Positions 9,935-21,065 are shown, counted from the first letter of the stretch. The stretch is 64,000 nt of DNA from an uncultured Gemmatimonadales bacterium (GCA_963823035.1 CAWGKG010000018.1:192001-256000), one strand, 5' to 3'. Notes: generated by a model from the sequence alone, not told the origin. Numbers and translations: made by a program.

Positions 9935-11281
9935 TCATCCCGCCAGCGGCTCCCTCCCCAGCACCTTGAGGGCGCTCCCGACCGTGTGCACGGATCCCGT
10001 GACCACGACCGTTCCCCGGCCGGCCTCCGCGCGCGCCCGCCCGAGAGCGGCCAGGAAGTCGTGCTCGACCCGCAGCGGACAGACGTGCTGCACGGCGTCC
10101 GCGGCGGCCGACACGTCCCACCTCCGCTCCGGGGGCGCCGACGGCGGCTGCGTGAGCACAGCCAGCTCGGCGCGCGCGAACAGCGGGGGCAGCATGCTCC
10201 GCCAATCCTTGTCGCCGAGCACCCCCACCAGGACCACCAGGGGGCGCGGGAGGTCCAGGCGGTCCATCGTATCGACCAGCGAGTGGATGCCGGCCGTGTT
10301 GTGCGCCACGTCGAACAGCCAGGTGGTCTCGTCGATGCGCTCGATCTGATCCCGTCCAGGGTGGACCACCCCACCGATGCCCCGCAGGACGGCGTCGGCC
10401 CCTGGAACAAGCTCCTCCGGCAGATGCTCGAGCACCTCGACCGCGAGGGCCGTGTTGGCGGCCTGGTGGCGGCCGACCAGGGGGGTTCGCACCCGCAGAT
10501 CGCCCCACCTGCGCGTCGGCAGGGTGAAGGCCGTATGGTCCCGGGCGACCTCCATGTCGCGCGCGCGGGACGGGTCCACCGGGTGGAACGGTGCCCCACG
10601 TTCGTCGGCGGTCCGCGCGAAGACCGCCAGGAGGGCCGGGTCGGTCTCGGCGGTCGCGAAGGGCACGTTCGGCTTCACGATCCCCGCCTTCTCGCCCGCG
10701 ATCAGCTCCAGGGTGTCGCCGAGGTAGTCGGCGTGGTCCATCGCCACGTTCGTCACGGCCGACACGAGCGGCACGAGCACGTTCGTGGCGTCGAGCCGCC
10801 CGCCCAGGCCTACCTCGATGGCCGCCACGTCCACGCCGGCACGCGCGAACGCATGGAAGCCGAGCACCGCCACGGCTTCGAAGAAGGTCAGTCCGAAGCG
10901 CACCACCACCTCGCGGATCTCCTGCGCCCGCGCGATCAGCTCCGCCTCGGGAAGCGCTCGGCCGTCCACGACGATCCGCTCGCGGAAGGAGCACAGGTGC
11001 GGCGAGGTGAAGCACCCGGCACGCTTCCCCGACGTCGTCAGCACGGCCGCCACCGTGGTGGTCACCGAACCCTTCCCGTTGGTCCCGCCGACGTGGACGG
11101 TGGGATAGTGGCGGTGGGGGTTGCCGAGCGCCTCCAGAGCCCGCACGGTGCGCTCGAGGCCCCAGTGGACCCCCGTGGCCAGCGGGGGGAAGAGACGACC
11201 CATGAGCGGATCGGCGAACGGCCGATCCAGGCGCTCGGGTGCGAGGAGTGGACCGCCCACCCCGCTCTCGGCTCCGTTCAA
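9935..11281 (-). CDS. folC: Folylpolyglutamate synthase/dihydrofolate synthase
   Basis: HVGGTNGKGS, FTSPHL, EVGLGGRLDATN, EKAGI, DVAHN. Start is uncertain (11281 or 11203). Confidence 0.93.
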   Translation of the reverse strand: MNGAESGVGGPLLAPERLDRPFADPLMGRLFPPLATGVHWGLERTVRALEALGNPHRHYPTVHVGGTNGKGSVTTTVAAVLTTSGKRAGCFTSPHLCSFRERIVVDGRALPEAELIARAQEIREVVVRFGLTFFEAVAVLGFHAFARAGVDVAAIEVGLGGRLDATNVLVPLVSAVTNVAMDHADYLGDTLELIAGEKAGIVKPNVPFATAETDPALLAVFARTADERGAPFHPVDPSRARDMEVARDHTAFTLPTRRWGDLRVRTPLVGRHQAANTALAVEVLEHLPEELVPGADAVLRGIGGVVHPGRDQIERIDETTWLFDVAHNTAGIHSLVDTMDRLDLPRPLVVLVGVLGDKDWRSMLPPLFARAELAVLTQPPSAPPERRWDVSAAADAVQHVCPLRVEHDFLAALGRARAEAGRGTVVVTGSVHTVGSALKVLGREPLAG

Positions 11282-11313
11282 GGGGCGCCGCCGCCGCGCG
11301 TGGGCACGCGCTC

Positions 11314-12168
11314 CTACGTTTCCCGGGCGCCCGCGCCGGCCATGTGCCGGAGCAGGAGGGCGACGGTGTCCTTCAGCTCACGCCGGTCGACGACGCGGTC
11401 GACCATGCCGTGCTCGAGGAGGAACTCGGCCCGCTGGAAGCCCTTGGGCAGCTCCTGCTTGATCGTCTCCTCGATCACGCGCGGCCCGGCGAAGCCGATG
11501 AGCGCGCCGGGCTCGGCCAGGTTGGCGTCACCGAGCATCGCGAACGACGCGGTGACGCCCCCAGTGGTCGGGTTCGTGAGGATCGAAACGTAGGGGATCC
11601 CCGCCTCGTGGAGCTGGGCGAGCACCGTGGACGTCTTCGCCATCTGCATGAGGGAGTAAATGCCCTCCTGCATGCGCGCGCCGCCGGAGGCGCTCACGAT
11701 GATGAGCGGGATGCCGCGCTCCAGCGCGGCCCTGCCGGCCCGCGCGATCTTCTCGCCCACCACGGAGCCCATCGAGCCGCCGATGAAGGAGAAGTCCATC
11801 ACCGCGAGGACGACCGGCTTGCCGTGCAGCTCGCCGATGCCGGAGATGAGCGCCTCGCTCTTCCCCTTCCCCTCCGCCGCGGCGATGCGGTCCGGGTACG
11901 CCTTGATGTCCCGGAACTTCAGCGGATCCGCGGCGCGCAGCGAATCGTCGAGCTCCTCGAAGGTCTCGGGGTCGATGAACAACTCGACGTACTCTTCGGC
12001 GGAGATGCGCAGATGATGCCCGCAATTCGGGCAGACGTTGAGGTTCTGCGCGAGCCGCTCGCGGTACAGGATCTCGCCGCACCCGGCGCACTTGTCGAAC
12101 ACGTCGCCGGGAACGTCGCGCCTGTCCTGTGCCTTGAGCGGCTTCTTGTCCTTCCGGAACCAGGCCAA
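11314..12168 (-). CDS. accD: Acetyl-CoA carboxylase carboxyltransferase beta subunit
   Basis: Zn ribbon CAGC..CPNC, GGSMGSVVGEK, SGGARMQEG, PTTGGVTASFA, GFAGPRVI; TTG start at 12168 with GGGAG RBS. Confidence 0.96.
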   Translation of the reverse strand: MAWFRKDKKPLKAQDRRDVPGDVFDKCAGCGEILYRERLAQNLNVCPNCGHHLRISAEEYVELFIDPETFEELDDSLRAADPLKFRDIKAYPDRIAAAEGKGKSEALISGIGELHGKPVVLAVMDFSFIGGSMGSVVGEKIARAGRAALERGIPLIIVSASGGARMQEGIYSLMQMAKTSTVLAQLHEAGIPYVSILTNPTTGGVTASFAMLGDANLAEPGALIGFAGPRVIEETIKQELPKGFQRAEFLLEHGMVDRVVDRRELKDTVALLLRHMAGAGARET

Positions 12169-12208
12169 ATATCGGCTCCCTTCGGGTCCTTCGGGGGTGG
12201 AGCCGGGC

Positions 12209-13444
12209 TCACCGCTCATGGGCGACCCGAACCGCGATGGCCACCGCTACCCAGGACATCATGAGAAACGTCCCCCCGTAGCTCACGAACGGGAGGGGAA
12301 TCCCGGTGATCGGCACGAGCCCCACGGTCATGCCGACGTTCACGAAGATGTGGACGAGCCAGGCCCCCAAGATACCGAGGAGCACGAGGCCGGCAAAGGG
12401 ATCGGGGGAGCGTTGCGCCATGCGCGCCAGCCGCACGAGCACGAACGTGAAGACCAGGATCACCAGAGCCGTGCCCAGGAAGCCGAACTCCTCTCCGACC
12501 ACGCTGAAGATGAAGTCCGTGTGCTGCTCGGGGAGGAAGTCGAAACGCTTCTGGGTCCCCAGCGTGAAGCCCTTCCCCAGCAGCCCGCCGCTGCCGATCG
12601 CCACCTTCGACTGGATGATCTGGTAGCCGGCGCCGCGCGGGTCCACCTCCGGGTTGAGGAACACCAGGATGCGGTTCTGCTGGTAGGGCGCCAGCGAGCT
12701 CCACAGCGGGCGGGCGATCGTTCCGGCCGCGACGTTCGCCAGGACGACGGCCACCGACTCGAAGAGGAAGAGGCGGTAGCGGTAGAAGTACAGGAAGCCC
12801 ACCACCGCCACGATGTACCACGACCAGATGCGCGTGTCGAAGGAAAGCACCAGGCCGGCCACGGGGCTCGCCACCAGGAGGAGGAGCGCCACGGGGGTGC
12901 CGGCCCAGTACAGCATCGCGAAGAGGATCCCCACGAAGGCCATGGCCGTACCCAGGTCCGGCTGCAGCATCACCAGCGCGAGCGGAATGGAGACGAGCGC
13001 GGCGGGCGCCACGATGTCCTTGAGCGCCCCGAGCCCCTCGTCCCGCTGCGCGAGCAGCCGCGCCAGCACGAGGATCGTGGCGATCTTGGCGATCTCCGCC
13101 GGCTGGAAGCCGAGCGGGCCGATCCGGATCCAGCTCTTCACGCCGGCGGCCGTCCCGGCTCCCGTGCCGACGACGAGCGTGGCCGCCAGGAGCACGAGGG
13201 AGACCACGTACGCGGGGATGGCGACCCATTCGATCCAGCGGAGAGGCACGCGCGACAGCAGCGAGAACGCGACCAGGGCGAGCACGAACCAGATCGACTG
13301 ACGGATCCAGGCTTCCTGCGTGACGGGGCTGGGGATGTTGACCACCCCCGCCGAGTAGATCATCGCGACCCCGAAGAGCGACAGCGCGAGCACGGCCAGC
13401 ACCAGCGCCGGGTCCACGGACCAGCGTTCGAAGAAGCGCATCAT
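12209..13444 (-). CDS. rodA: Rod shape-determining protein RodA (SEDS glycosyltransferase)
   Basis: FQPAEIAK, QPDLGT, GYQIIQSKVAIGSGG, PEQHTDFIF, GIPLPFVSYGG; lies downstream of mrdA. Confidence 0.95.
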   Translation of the reverse strand: MMRFFERWSVDPALVLAVLALSLFGVAMIYSAGVVNIPSPVTQEAWIRQSIWFVLALVAFSLLSRVPLRWIEWVAIPAYVVSLVLLAATLVVGTGAGTAAGVKSWIRIGPLGFQPAEIAKIATILVLARLLAQRDEGLGALKDIVAPAALVSIPLALVMLQPDLGTAMAFVGILFAMLYWAGTPVALLLLVASPVAGLVLSFDTRIWSWYIVAVVGFLYFYRYRLFLFESVAVVLANVAAGTIARPLWSSLAPYQQNRILVFLNPEVDPRGAGYQIIQSKVAIGSGGLLGKGFTLGTQKRFDFLPEQHTDFIFSVVGEEFGFLGTALVILVFTFVLVRLARMAQRSPDPFAGLVLLGILGAWLVHIFVNVGMTVGLVPITGIPLPFVSYGGTFLMMSWVAVAIAVRVAHER

Positions 13445-15312
13445 CCGCCCCGCCCGAACCGCGCCCTGTACCACGCGGGATACCGTCCGTGCTGCACGTA
13501 GTCGAGGTACGTCTGCATCGTGTCGGTCGGGATGCCGTGCTTCTTGCGCAGATAGTAGTCCGCGGCCTTCGCCACGAGGGGCGCCGCCGCGCTGGAGCCA
13601 TGCTCCCCGAACTCCACGATCGCGACAACGACGATCTCCGCCGGCTGTCCCGGTGGACCCACCATCCCGGCGAACCAGGCGTGGTCCCCGGCGAGCCCGC
13701 GTACGCTCTGCGTGTTCTGGGCCGTGCCGGTCTTTCCCACCACGTCCCAGTACTCGAGCGCGGTGCCGTAGTGCGCCGTGCCGCCCGGTGCCGTCACCCT
13801 GCGGAGGCCGTCACGGAGCGTGGCGAGGTTCTCAGGGGAGAGGTGCAGCGACCACCCCTCACCCAGGTCCACGCCCTGTGCGATGGCAGGCGGGGGGGCC
13901 GAGCCGTCGCGGGCCAGCGCCACGTAGAACTGCGCCATCTTCAGCGGAGTCTGCGAATTCGGCCCCTGGCCGATCGCCAGGGAGAGGACCTCGCCTTCCT
14001 GGGGGCGATAGTTGAAGGGCGGCTTCTCCCAGAACGAACGGTCCGAAGGGAAGATGCCCCGGCTCTCCTGCGGAAGGTCCACGCCGCACCGCTCGCTGAA
14101 GCCGATCTCGGTAGCGCGCTGCAGCATCCTGTCCAGCCCGATGCGCAGTCCGAGCTGGTAGAAGTAGATGTCGCAGGAGTTGCCGATGGCCTCGGCGAGG
14201 CTCTGGTAGCCGTGTCCCCGCGGATCCCAGCAGTGCCAGACCCGCCCGCCCCAACTCCACGCACCGCGGCAGGGGTCCGCCATGTGGTCTTCCGGGGTGA
14301 CCACGCCCAGGTCGAGGGCGATGGCGGCCGTGGCCAGCTTGAACGTCGAGCCCGGCGGATAGAGGCCGAGGACCGCGCGGTTGTACATCGGCTTCTGCTC
14401 GTCGGTGTTCAGCGATCGCCAGAGGTCCGCGTCGATGCCACCCACGAAAGCGTTCGGATCGAAGCCCGGCGCCGAATACATCGCCAGCACGCCGCCGTCC
14501 GCGGGATCGAGGGCCACGATCGCCCCGGGCAGCGTGTCGGGGAAGATGTGCTGGATCCACTCCTGCAGGTCCATGTCGATGTTCAGGTGGAGGTCCTCCC
14601 CCGGGACCGCCGGGTCGGCCGTCACCCCCGAGAAGTCACCGACGATCCTGCCGCGCGCGTCGACCTCCACGTAGCGCACGCCCTGGTGACCCTGCAGCCG
14701 GCTCTCGTACTGGCGCTCGATCCCCGACTTTCCGACGATCATCCCCGGCTCGTAGCGCTCCTCCGGGAAGGCGTCCGAGTCGAGCTCCGATCCGGTGACC
14801 TCTCCCACGTAGCCGAGCACGTGCGCGGTAGCGCTGCGCGCCAGGTAACGGCGCCGCGGCCGCATCTCGATGTGGACGTCGGGGAACTCCGTGCGCCGCT
14901 CCTCGAGCGCACTCACCACCTCGAAGTCGGCGTTGGCATCCACCACGAGCTCGCGGCCGTAGCGCTTCAGGTCGGAGAGCAGCCGCTCGATGCGCTCCGG
15001 GGAGAGCTCGACATACTGGCTCATACGCTCGAGCGTCGTGCGGATGGAGTCGGGCGGCCCAGGAAGGAGTGTGATCGCGTACCCCGGCACGTTGTCCACG
15101 AGGATCTTCCCGTTCCGATCGTAGATCGTGCCGCGGGGCGCGGGTACCGGCAGCTGGCGGAGGCGATTGGACTCCGCCTTGAGCTTCCACGTGCTCGACC
15201 CCAGGACCTGCACCCGGAAGAACGCGAAGGCGAGCAGGCCCATGAACAGCCCCACCACCACCATGGCCCCGAGGGCCCTCTGTCGGCGCGCGTAGGGGTG
15301 ATGGGTCTTCAA
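13441..15312 (-). CDS. mrdA: Penicillin-binding protein 2
   Basis: APRGTIYDRNG, PGSTFK (SxxK), SCD, KTGTAQ; located in the mreBCD operon. Confidence 0.95.
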   Translation of the reverse strand: MKTHHPYARRQRALGAMVVVGLFMGLLAFAFFRVQVLGSSTWKLKAESNRLRQLPVPAPRGTIYDRNGKILVDNVPGYAITLLPGPPDSIRTTLERMSQYVELSPERIERLLSDLKRYGRELVVDANADFEVVSALEERRTEFPDVHIEMRPRRRYLARSATAHVLGYVGEVTGSELDSDAFPEERYEPGMIVGKSGIERQYESRLQGHQGVRYVEVDARGRIVGDFSGVTADPAVPGEDLHLNIDMDLQEWIQHIFPDTLPGAIVALDPADGGVLAMYSAPGFDPNAFVGGIDADLWRSLNTDEQKPMYNRAVLGLYPPGSTFKLATAAIALDLGVVTPEDHMADPCRGAWSWGGRVWHCWDPRGHGYQSLAEAIGNSCDIYFYQLGLRIGLDRMLQRATEIGFSERCGVDLPQESRGIFPSDRSFWEKPPFNYRPQEGEVLSLAIGQGPNSQTPLKMAQFYVALARDGSAPPPAIAQGVDLGEGWSLHLSPENLATLRDGLRRVTAPGGTAHYGTALEYWDVVGKTGTAQNTQSVRGLAGDHAWFAGMVGPPGQPAEIVVVAIVEFGEHGSSAAAPLVAKAADYYLRKKHGIPTDTMQTYLDYVQHGRYPAWYRARFGRGG

Positions 15313-15791
15313 CGTGCACTCTCCCGCCATAGACCGGTGAGCGCCAGGAGGACGATCGCGGTCGCCGCCGCATAGACGCCGCCGAGGAGCCCCTGCGTCA
15401 CCACCTGCTCCAGGAAGGGCGGGCGGAGCGACTCCGCGGTCGCCATCCAGCGGATCAGGTCACGCAGGAGCTTCCCCGCCACGAAATACGAGACGCGGAA
15501 GACCAACGAGTCCCCGACGAAGAGGTCGCGGGTCGCCGCGCCGGCCGTGCCGATGAGCGCCATCGCGAGGCCGTTGGCCCCGAACGACAGCATGCTCAGG
15601 GAGTCCTCCATCAGCCCGAAGAGCAGCCCGATCCCGGCGGCCGTGCCCACCCCAACCTCGCGCGCCGCGATGAGCACCGCCACCGTGAGCAGGTCCGGGG
15701 CGGACGCGCCCAGCCCCAGGCCGACGTGCAGGAGGAAGTGGACCACGAAGAGCGCGACCACCATGATCCATACGCCGGGGGACCTCACCAT
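15309..15791 (-). CDS. mreD: Rod shape-determining protein MreD
   Basis: Polytopic membrane protein with PDLL and FGLMED motifs, between mreC and mrdA. Confidence 0.85.
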   Translation of the reverse strand: MVRSPGVWIMVVALFVVHFLLHVGLGLGASAPDLLTVAVLIAAREVGVGTAAGIGLLFGLMEDSLSMLSFGANGLAMALIGTAGAATRDLFVGDSLVFRVSYFVAGKLLRDLIRWMATAESLRPPFLEQVVTQGLLGGVYAAATAIVLLALTGLWRESAR

Positions 15792-16771
15792 CCGGCCCCC
15801 CCCGCCGAGTCCCGGCGCTGAAGGCGCTGGAGCCGGGCGCGCAGGACGAGGACGCTGTCCGTGACCGCGGCCACGCTGTCCGCCAGGCTTCGCTGGTGCA
15901 GGATCGCCTCGCGGCGCGTGAGGATGGAGTCTGCGGGCCATGCCGACGCCAGGTCGGTGGCCGTCTCACCGACCGCCACCAGGACGTGGGTCACCGAAGC
16001 CGGCTCCACCATGGGCAGCAGCCAGTAGCTCTTGCGCCATCGTCCCTCGACCTCGGCGATGCCGGCGATCCTCCCGATCGGGATGCCTCGCGGGAAGACG
16101 CCGCCCAGCCCGGAGGTGAGCACGGCCACGCCGCTGGGCACCGACTCGTAGTAGGCCGTACCGTTGAGCACCAGGCGGTCCGCCTCCCGGAAGTCGCCGC
16201 GACGGTTCTCCACGATCCCGAAGCCCGTGCCGTCCGCGAGCATCGCGCTGGCGCGGAAGTCCGGGTGCGTCCAGTCCATCGCCACGGACATCCCCGGACG
16301 GGCCTCGCGGATCACGCCGACCAAGCCGTGGCGATCGATCACCGGGGCACCCTCGCGCACGCCGTCCTCCGTGCCGCGGTCGACGAAGAAGAGGCTTTCG
16401 GACCCCTGCGTCCCGGGCCTCAGCACCGAGGCCGGGAGGAAGGACGGTCCAACGCGGCTCCTCAGGTCGAGCAGGCTGCGCAGCGTACGGTTCTCGTCGC
16501 GCACCGCCTCCTGCGTGGCGAGGGACGCGGTGAGGGAGTCCATCTCGGCCTGGAGACGCGCGACGCCGCGGGCGCGCTGCCGGGCGTGCACCAGCCGCTC
16601 CTGGGTGGCCGTGAACGGAAGGAGGACCGTGGCGCGCAGCGCCCACCCCATGCGCTCCTGCGCCGGGTGGGGGAGGTAGAGGAGGGTGAGGGCGATCGCG
16701 AGGAAGACCCCGGCCAACACGATCTGGCGCTGGCCGACGGCGACCTCGGGCTCGGGGGCATAGGGAGGCAC
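15785..16771 (-). CDS. mreC: Rod shape-determining protein MreC
   Basis: TM plus coiled coil (ENRTLRSLL), DRGTEDGV, GLVG, TSGLGGVFPRGIPIG. Confidence 0.93.
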   Translation of the reverse strand: MPPYAPEPEVAVGQRQIVLAGVFLAIALTLLYLPHPAQERMGWALRATVLLPFTATQERLVHARQRARGVARLQAEMDSLTASLATQEAVRDENRTLRSLLDLRSRVGPSFLPASVLRPGTQGSESLFFVDRGTEDGVREGAPVIDRHGLVGVIREARPGMSVAMDWTHPDFRASAMLADGTGFGIVENRRGDFREADRLVLNGTAYYESVPSGVAVLTSGLGGVFPRGIPIGRIAGIAEVEGRWRKSYWLLPMVEPASVTHVLVAVGETATDLASAWPADSILTRREAILHQRSLADSVAAVTDSVLVLRARLQRLQRRDSAGGAGW

Positions 16772-16790
16772 GCTCCGATCCCCTCAGGAC

Positions 16791-17837
16791 CTACTGTACG
16801 AGGACGGAGCGGTACTTCTGCATGTCGTCGAGAATCCGCCCCGCGCCCCGCACGACGCACGTGAGGGGCTCCTCGTCCACGTGGATGGGGAGGTTGGTCT
16901 CGTGCTGGAGGAGCCGGTCGAGGCCGCGGATGAGGGCGCCGCCGCCCGTCATGACGATGCCGCGGTCCACGATGTCGGAGGACAGCTCGGGCGGGGTGAT
17001 CTCCAGCGCCCGGCGCACCGCCTCGACGATCGCCTGGATGGGCTCCTGGATGCACTCCCGGATCTCCTGCGAATGGACCGTGACGGTCTTCGGGATCCCG
17101 CTGACCAGGTCGCGGCCCTTCACCTCCATCTGGCGCTCTTCACCGAAATCGAACGCGGAGCCGATCTGGATCTTGATGGCCTCCGCCGTGGGCTCGCCGA
17201 TGAGCAGGTTGTAGTTCTTGCGCAGGAAGGTGACGATGGCCGTATCCAACTCGTCGCCGCCGACGCGGATCGAGGTGTTGGACACGATCCCCGAGAGCGC
17301 GATCACCGCGATCTCGGTGGTGCCGCCGCCGATGTCGATCACCATGTTCCCGGTGGGCGTCTCCACCGGGAGGCCGACGCCGATGGCAGCCGCCATCGGT
17401 TCGTCCACCATGTAGACAGCCTTCGCCCCGGCGGCCATCGCGGAGGAGCGTACGGCGCGCCGCTCCAGCTCGGTGATCCCCGAGGGGACGCCCACGACCA
17501 CGCGCGGCTTGATGCGGAACACGCGCTTCGCCGTGACGTGCTTGAGGAAGTGCCGGAGCATCATCTCCGTCACGTCGACGTCGGCGATCACCCCGTCCTT
17601 GAGCGGGCGGATGGCTTCGATGCCCTCGGGCGTGCGGCCGAGCATGCGCTTGGCCTCCAGCCCGATGCCCATGATCCGCCTGGAGCTGCCCCTCTGGACG
17701 GCGACCACGGAGGGCTCGTTGAGGACGATCCCCTCGCCCTTCACGTACACGAGGGTGTTCGCCGTGCCCAGGTCGACGGCGATGTCGTTGACGGGGACGA
17801 GGCGCCCCGAGCTGAACCAGCTGCTCAGACCAGACAA
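16791..17837 (-). CDS. mreB: Actin-like rod shape protein MreB
   Basis: DLGTANT, EPSVVA, EPMAAAIG, DIGGGTTE, TGGGAL. Confidence 0.97.
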   Translation of the reverse strand: MSGLSSWFSSGRLVPVNDIAVDLGTANTLVYVKGEGIVLNEPSVVAVQRGSSRRIMGIGLEAKRMLGRTPEGIEAIRPLKDGVIADVDVTEMMLRHFLKHVTAKRVFRIKPRVVVGVPSGITELERRAVRSSAMAAGAKAVYMVDEPMAAAIGVGLPVETPTGNMVIDIGGGTTEIAVIALSGIVSNTSIRVGGDELDTAIVTFLRKNYNLLIGEPTAEAIKIQIGSAFDFGEERQMEVKGRDLVSGIPKTVTVHSQEIRECIQEPIQAIVEAVRRALEITPPELSSDIVDRGIVMTGGGALIRGLDRLLQHETNLPIHVDEEPLTCVVRGAGRILDDMQKYRSVLVQ

Positions 17838-17951
17838 GGCTCGGCTTTCAACCGCAGGAAAGGGGCCCGACGCGGACCCGTGAACATACGTTTACAATAC
17901 CGCACAGACCAGCCCGTTCGTGCAAGAACGAGACCGTTGGGGCGTGTCGCG

Positions 17952-18449
17952 TCACGCCACACCCGTACTCCCGAAACCTCCCTCGCCCCGCGCCGTCTCG
18001 GAGATCTCCGTGGCCTCCTCGACCTCGGGCACTTCGAAGCGGGCGAACACCAACTGGGCGATGCGCTCGCCCCGCGCCAGAGCCACGGGCGCGGAGCCGA
18101 GATTCTGCATGATGATGCGCAACTCGCCCCGGTAGTCCGGGTCGATCGTGCCCGGACTGTTCGGAAGCGTCACGCCGTGACGCAAGGCGAGGCCCGACCT
18201 GGGTCGCACCTGACACTCGACGCCTTCGGGAAGCTCCATCACGAGTCCCGTTCCCACAAGTCGGATTTCGCCCGGCTGCAGGGTCACCTCGGTCTCGGCC
18301 GAACGGATGTCGTAGCCGGCGGCGTGCGCGGTGGCGCGCGCGGGGAGCGGGAGATCCGGGTTGGACTCGAGCCGCCGGAAGCGGACCCGGGGGCGGGGTC
18401 TTGCCCCGCCCCCGGAGAGAGCGTCCTGGGATGCCCTCGGCTCCGTCAC
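17952..18449 (-). CDS. dut: dUTP diphosphatase
   Basis: [43 protein letters not shown] 18449 overlaps the ald stop. Confidence 0.95.
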   Translation of the reverse strand: MTEPRASQDALSGGGARPRPRVRFRRLESNPDLPLPARATAHAAGYDIRSAETEVTLQPGEIRLVGTGLVMELPEGVECQVRPRSGLALRHGVTLPNSPGTIDPDYRGELRIIMQNLGSAPVALARGERIAQLVFARFEVPEVEEATEISETARGEGGFGSTGVA

Positions 18450-19576
18450 GCCTTCTGGGCGCCCATCAGGAAATCGTCGATGTTGCGGCACTCCATGCCG
18501 AACGCCTCGGCGACGCCGGCATAGGTGACGTGACCGTCGACGGCGTTCACGCCCAACTTGAGCGACTTGTCATCCATGCACGCCTTCTTCCACCCCTTGC
18601 CGGCCAGTGCCATGGCGTAGGGGAGCGTGGCGTTGGTCAGCGCCAGCGTCGACGTGCGGGGCACGCCACCGGGCATGTTGGCGACCGCGTAGTGGATGAC
18701 GTTGTCGACCGTGTAGACCGGGTCGTGGTGCGTGGTCGGGTGGATCGTCTCGACACACCCGCCCTGGTCGACCGCCACGTCGGCGATCACCGTGCCCGGA
18801 CGCATGAGCTTCAGGTCGTCCTTGACGATCAGGTGGGGCGCCTTGGTGCCCGGGATCAGGACCGCGCCGATGATCAGGTCGGCATCCTCGACCTGCTTGC
18901 GGATCGCGTACCGCGTGCTGTACAGGCAGGTCACGTTGGCCGGCATGACGTCCGACAGGTAGCGCAGGCGGTTCAGGTTGATGTCCATGATCGCCACGCG
19001 CGCGCCCAGCCCGGCGGCCATCTTCGCGGCGTTGGTACCGACGACGCCGCCGCCCAGGATCAGGACCTTCCCCGGGAGCACGCCCGGCACGCCACCGAGC
19101 AGCACGCCCAGGCCGCCCTGCGGCTTCTCGAGGTACTTGGCGCCTTCCTGCACGGCCATGCGGCCGGCGACCTCGGACATCGGGGTCAGGAGGGGCAGCT
19201 CGCCCGAGGGCAGCTCGACGGTCTCGTAGGCGACCGCGATGGCCTTCGTATCGAGGAACGCCTTCGTGAGCTCCTCGTCGGCGGCGAAGTGGAAGTACGT
19301 GAAGAGAACCTGACCCTTCCGGATCTTCGGCCACTCGGGCCGGATGGGCTCCTTCACCTTCATGATCATCTCGGCGCGCTTCCACACCTCGTCCGAGGTC
19401 GAGACGATCTCGGCTCCGGCCGCCTCGTAGAAGTCGTCCGTGAAGCCGCTGCCTAGCCCGGCGTTGGTCTCGATGATGAGCTGGTGGCCCGCCTGAGTGA
19501 GCATCTCCGCACCAGCCGGTGTAAGCGCGACGCGGTATTCGTCGGGCTTGATCTCTTTGGGTACGCCGATGAGCAT
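18446..19576 (-). CDS. ald: Alanine dehydrogenase
   Basis: [44 protein letters not shown]. Confidence 0.97.
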   Translation of the reverse strand: MLIGVPKEIKPDEYRVALTPAGAEMLTQAGHQLIIETNAGLGSGFTDDFYEAAGAEIVSTSDEVWKRAEMIMKVKEPIRPEWPKIRKGQVLFTYFHFAADEELTKAFLDTKAIAVAYETVELPSGELPLLTPMSEVAGRMAVQEGAKYLEKPQGGLGVLLGGVPGVLPGKVLILGGGVVGTNAAKMAAGLGARVAIMDINLNRLRYLSDVMPANVTCLYSTRYAIRKQVEDADLIIGAVLIPGTKAPHLIVKDDLKLMRPGTVIADVAVDQGGCVETIHPTTHHDPVYTVDNVIHYAVANMPGGVPRTSTLALTNATLPYAMALAGKGWKKACMDDKSLKLGVNAVDGHVTYAGVAEAFGMECRNIDDFLMGAQKA

Positions 19577-19740
19577 GTCGATCTCGCTTGCGTAGGGTCC
19601 GAAGCGTGGGTTGTCAGGGGAGGGTCCAGGCGCCTGGACCGAGCCGTTCATCGGTGCAGGTCGCTGGAGAGCACCCCAAAGGTAGTGCTCCCCTTCCCCA
19701 AGATCCCAGCCCACCGCGCTCAGGAAATCCGCCGCCGCGC

Positions 19741-20961
19741 TCAGGCGGGCCCCAGACGCCAGATCAGGTGCCCGTCCGGGCGCAGATGGCGGGCCGCGAG
19801 ATCGGCCACTTCGTCGCCCGTGACGGCGTCCAGATGGGCCAGCAGCTCGTCCAGCCCGAGGAACGGCTCGTCGTGGAGGGCGAAGGCCGTGAGGCGGTAG
19901 AGGCGCGCGGACGTCGACTCGAGCGAGAGCATCACCTGGCCCTTCACCTGCTGCTTCGCCTGCTCCAGCTCCTCTCGGGGAAGGCCCTCCGCCGCCACAC
20001 GCTCCAGCTCGACGCGTACCGCCTCCACCGCGCGCTCTTCCGTGGCCGGACGGGTACCCACGTACACGCCCCCGACACCGGCTCCCCGGTAGAACGACTG
20101 GTAGGTGTAGATCGAGTAGCAGAGCGCCAACTCCTCGCGCACCCGCTGGAAGAGCCTCGAGCTCATCCCCCCGCCCATGGCGGAGGAGAGGAGGATCAGG
20201 CCGTAGCGGGCGGGGTCGGCGTGCGGGGGAAGCGCGGTCCCGAACACCACGTGCGACTGTGCCGTGTCCCGCACCGTGCGCTCGTCACCGACCCGGGGGG
20301 CGCCCGGCGTGGCGATCGGCTGGGGCGGGTCCCCCGCGTCCAGCGTCCCGAACAGCCGGGCGACGTCCTCCAGGAAGACATCGTGACGGAGGTTGCCCGC
20401 GCCGGCGACGATGAGGTTCCGGCCCCGGTAGTACCGGCCGTGCAACGCGCGCAGGGCCTCGAGCGGCATGCCGGCCACCGTTTCGGTCGAGCCGAGGATC
20501 GAGCGTCCGTAGGGGTGGTCGCCCCACAGACGCTCTCCGTGGAGCTCGAACACCAGATCGTCCGGGGTGTCTTCGACCTCCGCGATCTCCTCCAACACCA
20601 CCTCGCGTTCGAGCGCCAGGTCGTCCTCGCGCAGGGTGGGCTCCCGCACCAGGTCGGCGAGGACGTCCAAGGCGAGGGGGAGGTGCGCATCGAGGACGCG
20701 TGCCTGGAACCCCGTGTGCTCGCGGCTGGTGTAGGCATCCAGAGAGCCGCCGACACTCTCCAGGGAGAGGGCGATCTCGCGAGCGCTCCGCCGGTGCGTC
20801 CCCTTGAAGACGAGGTGCTCCAGGAGGTGGCTCGCCCCGGCGACCGCGTCCGCGTCGTGCGCGGCGCCATGCCGGACCCACACGCCCACGGAGGCCGAGC
20901 GCACGCCCGGGATGCGCTCCGTGAGGACGCGCACGCCGTTGTCGAGGAGCGTCTCGGCCAT
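19741..20961 (-). CDS. M16 family (pitrilysin-like) zinc peptidase
   Basis: HLLEH (HxxEH) plus FKGT, GGGMSSRLFQ.VRE; usual position after pnp. Confidence 0.93.
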   Translation of the reverse strand: MAETLLDNGVRVLTERIPGVRSASVGVWVRHGAAHDADAVAGASHLLEHLVFKGTHRRSAREIALSLESVGGSLDAYTSREHTGFQARVLDAHLPLALDVLADLVREPTLREDDLALEREVVLEEIAEVEDTPDDLVFELHGERLWGDHPYGRSILGSTETVAGMPLEALRALHGRYYRGRNLIVAGAGNLRHDVFLEDVARLFGTLDAGDPPQPIATPGAPRVGDERTVRDTAQSHVVFGTALPPHADPARYGLILLSSAMGGGMSSRLFQRVREELALCYSIYTYQSFYRGAGVGGVYVGTRPATEERAVEAVRVELERVAAEGLPREELEQAKQQVKGQVMLSLESTSARLYRLTAFALHDEPFLGLDELLAHLDAVTGDEVADLAARHLRPDGHLIWRLGPA

Positions 20962-21065
20962 CGTACCGGCACCGACGACGCCCTCCTCCTCCCGCCCCGA
21001 CGACGAGGAGGGCACGGGCCGAAGCCCGCGCCCTCCCGTGTCCTTCGCCCGCCGCCGCGCGTTCG

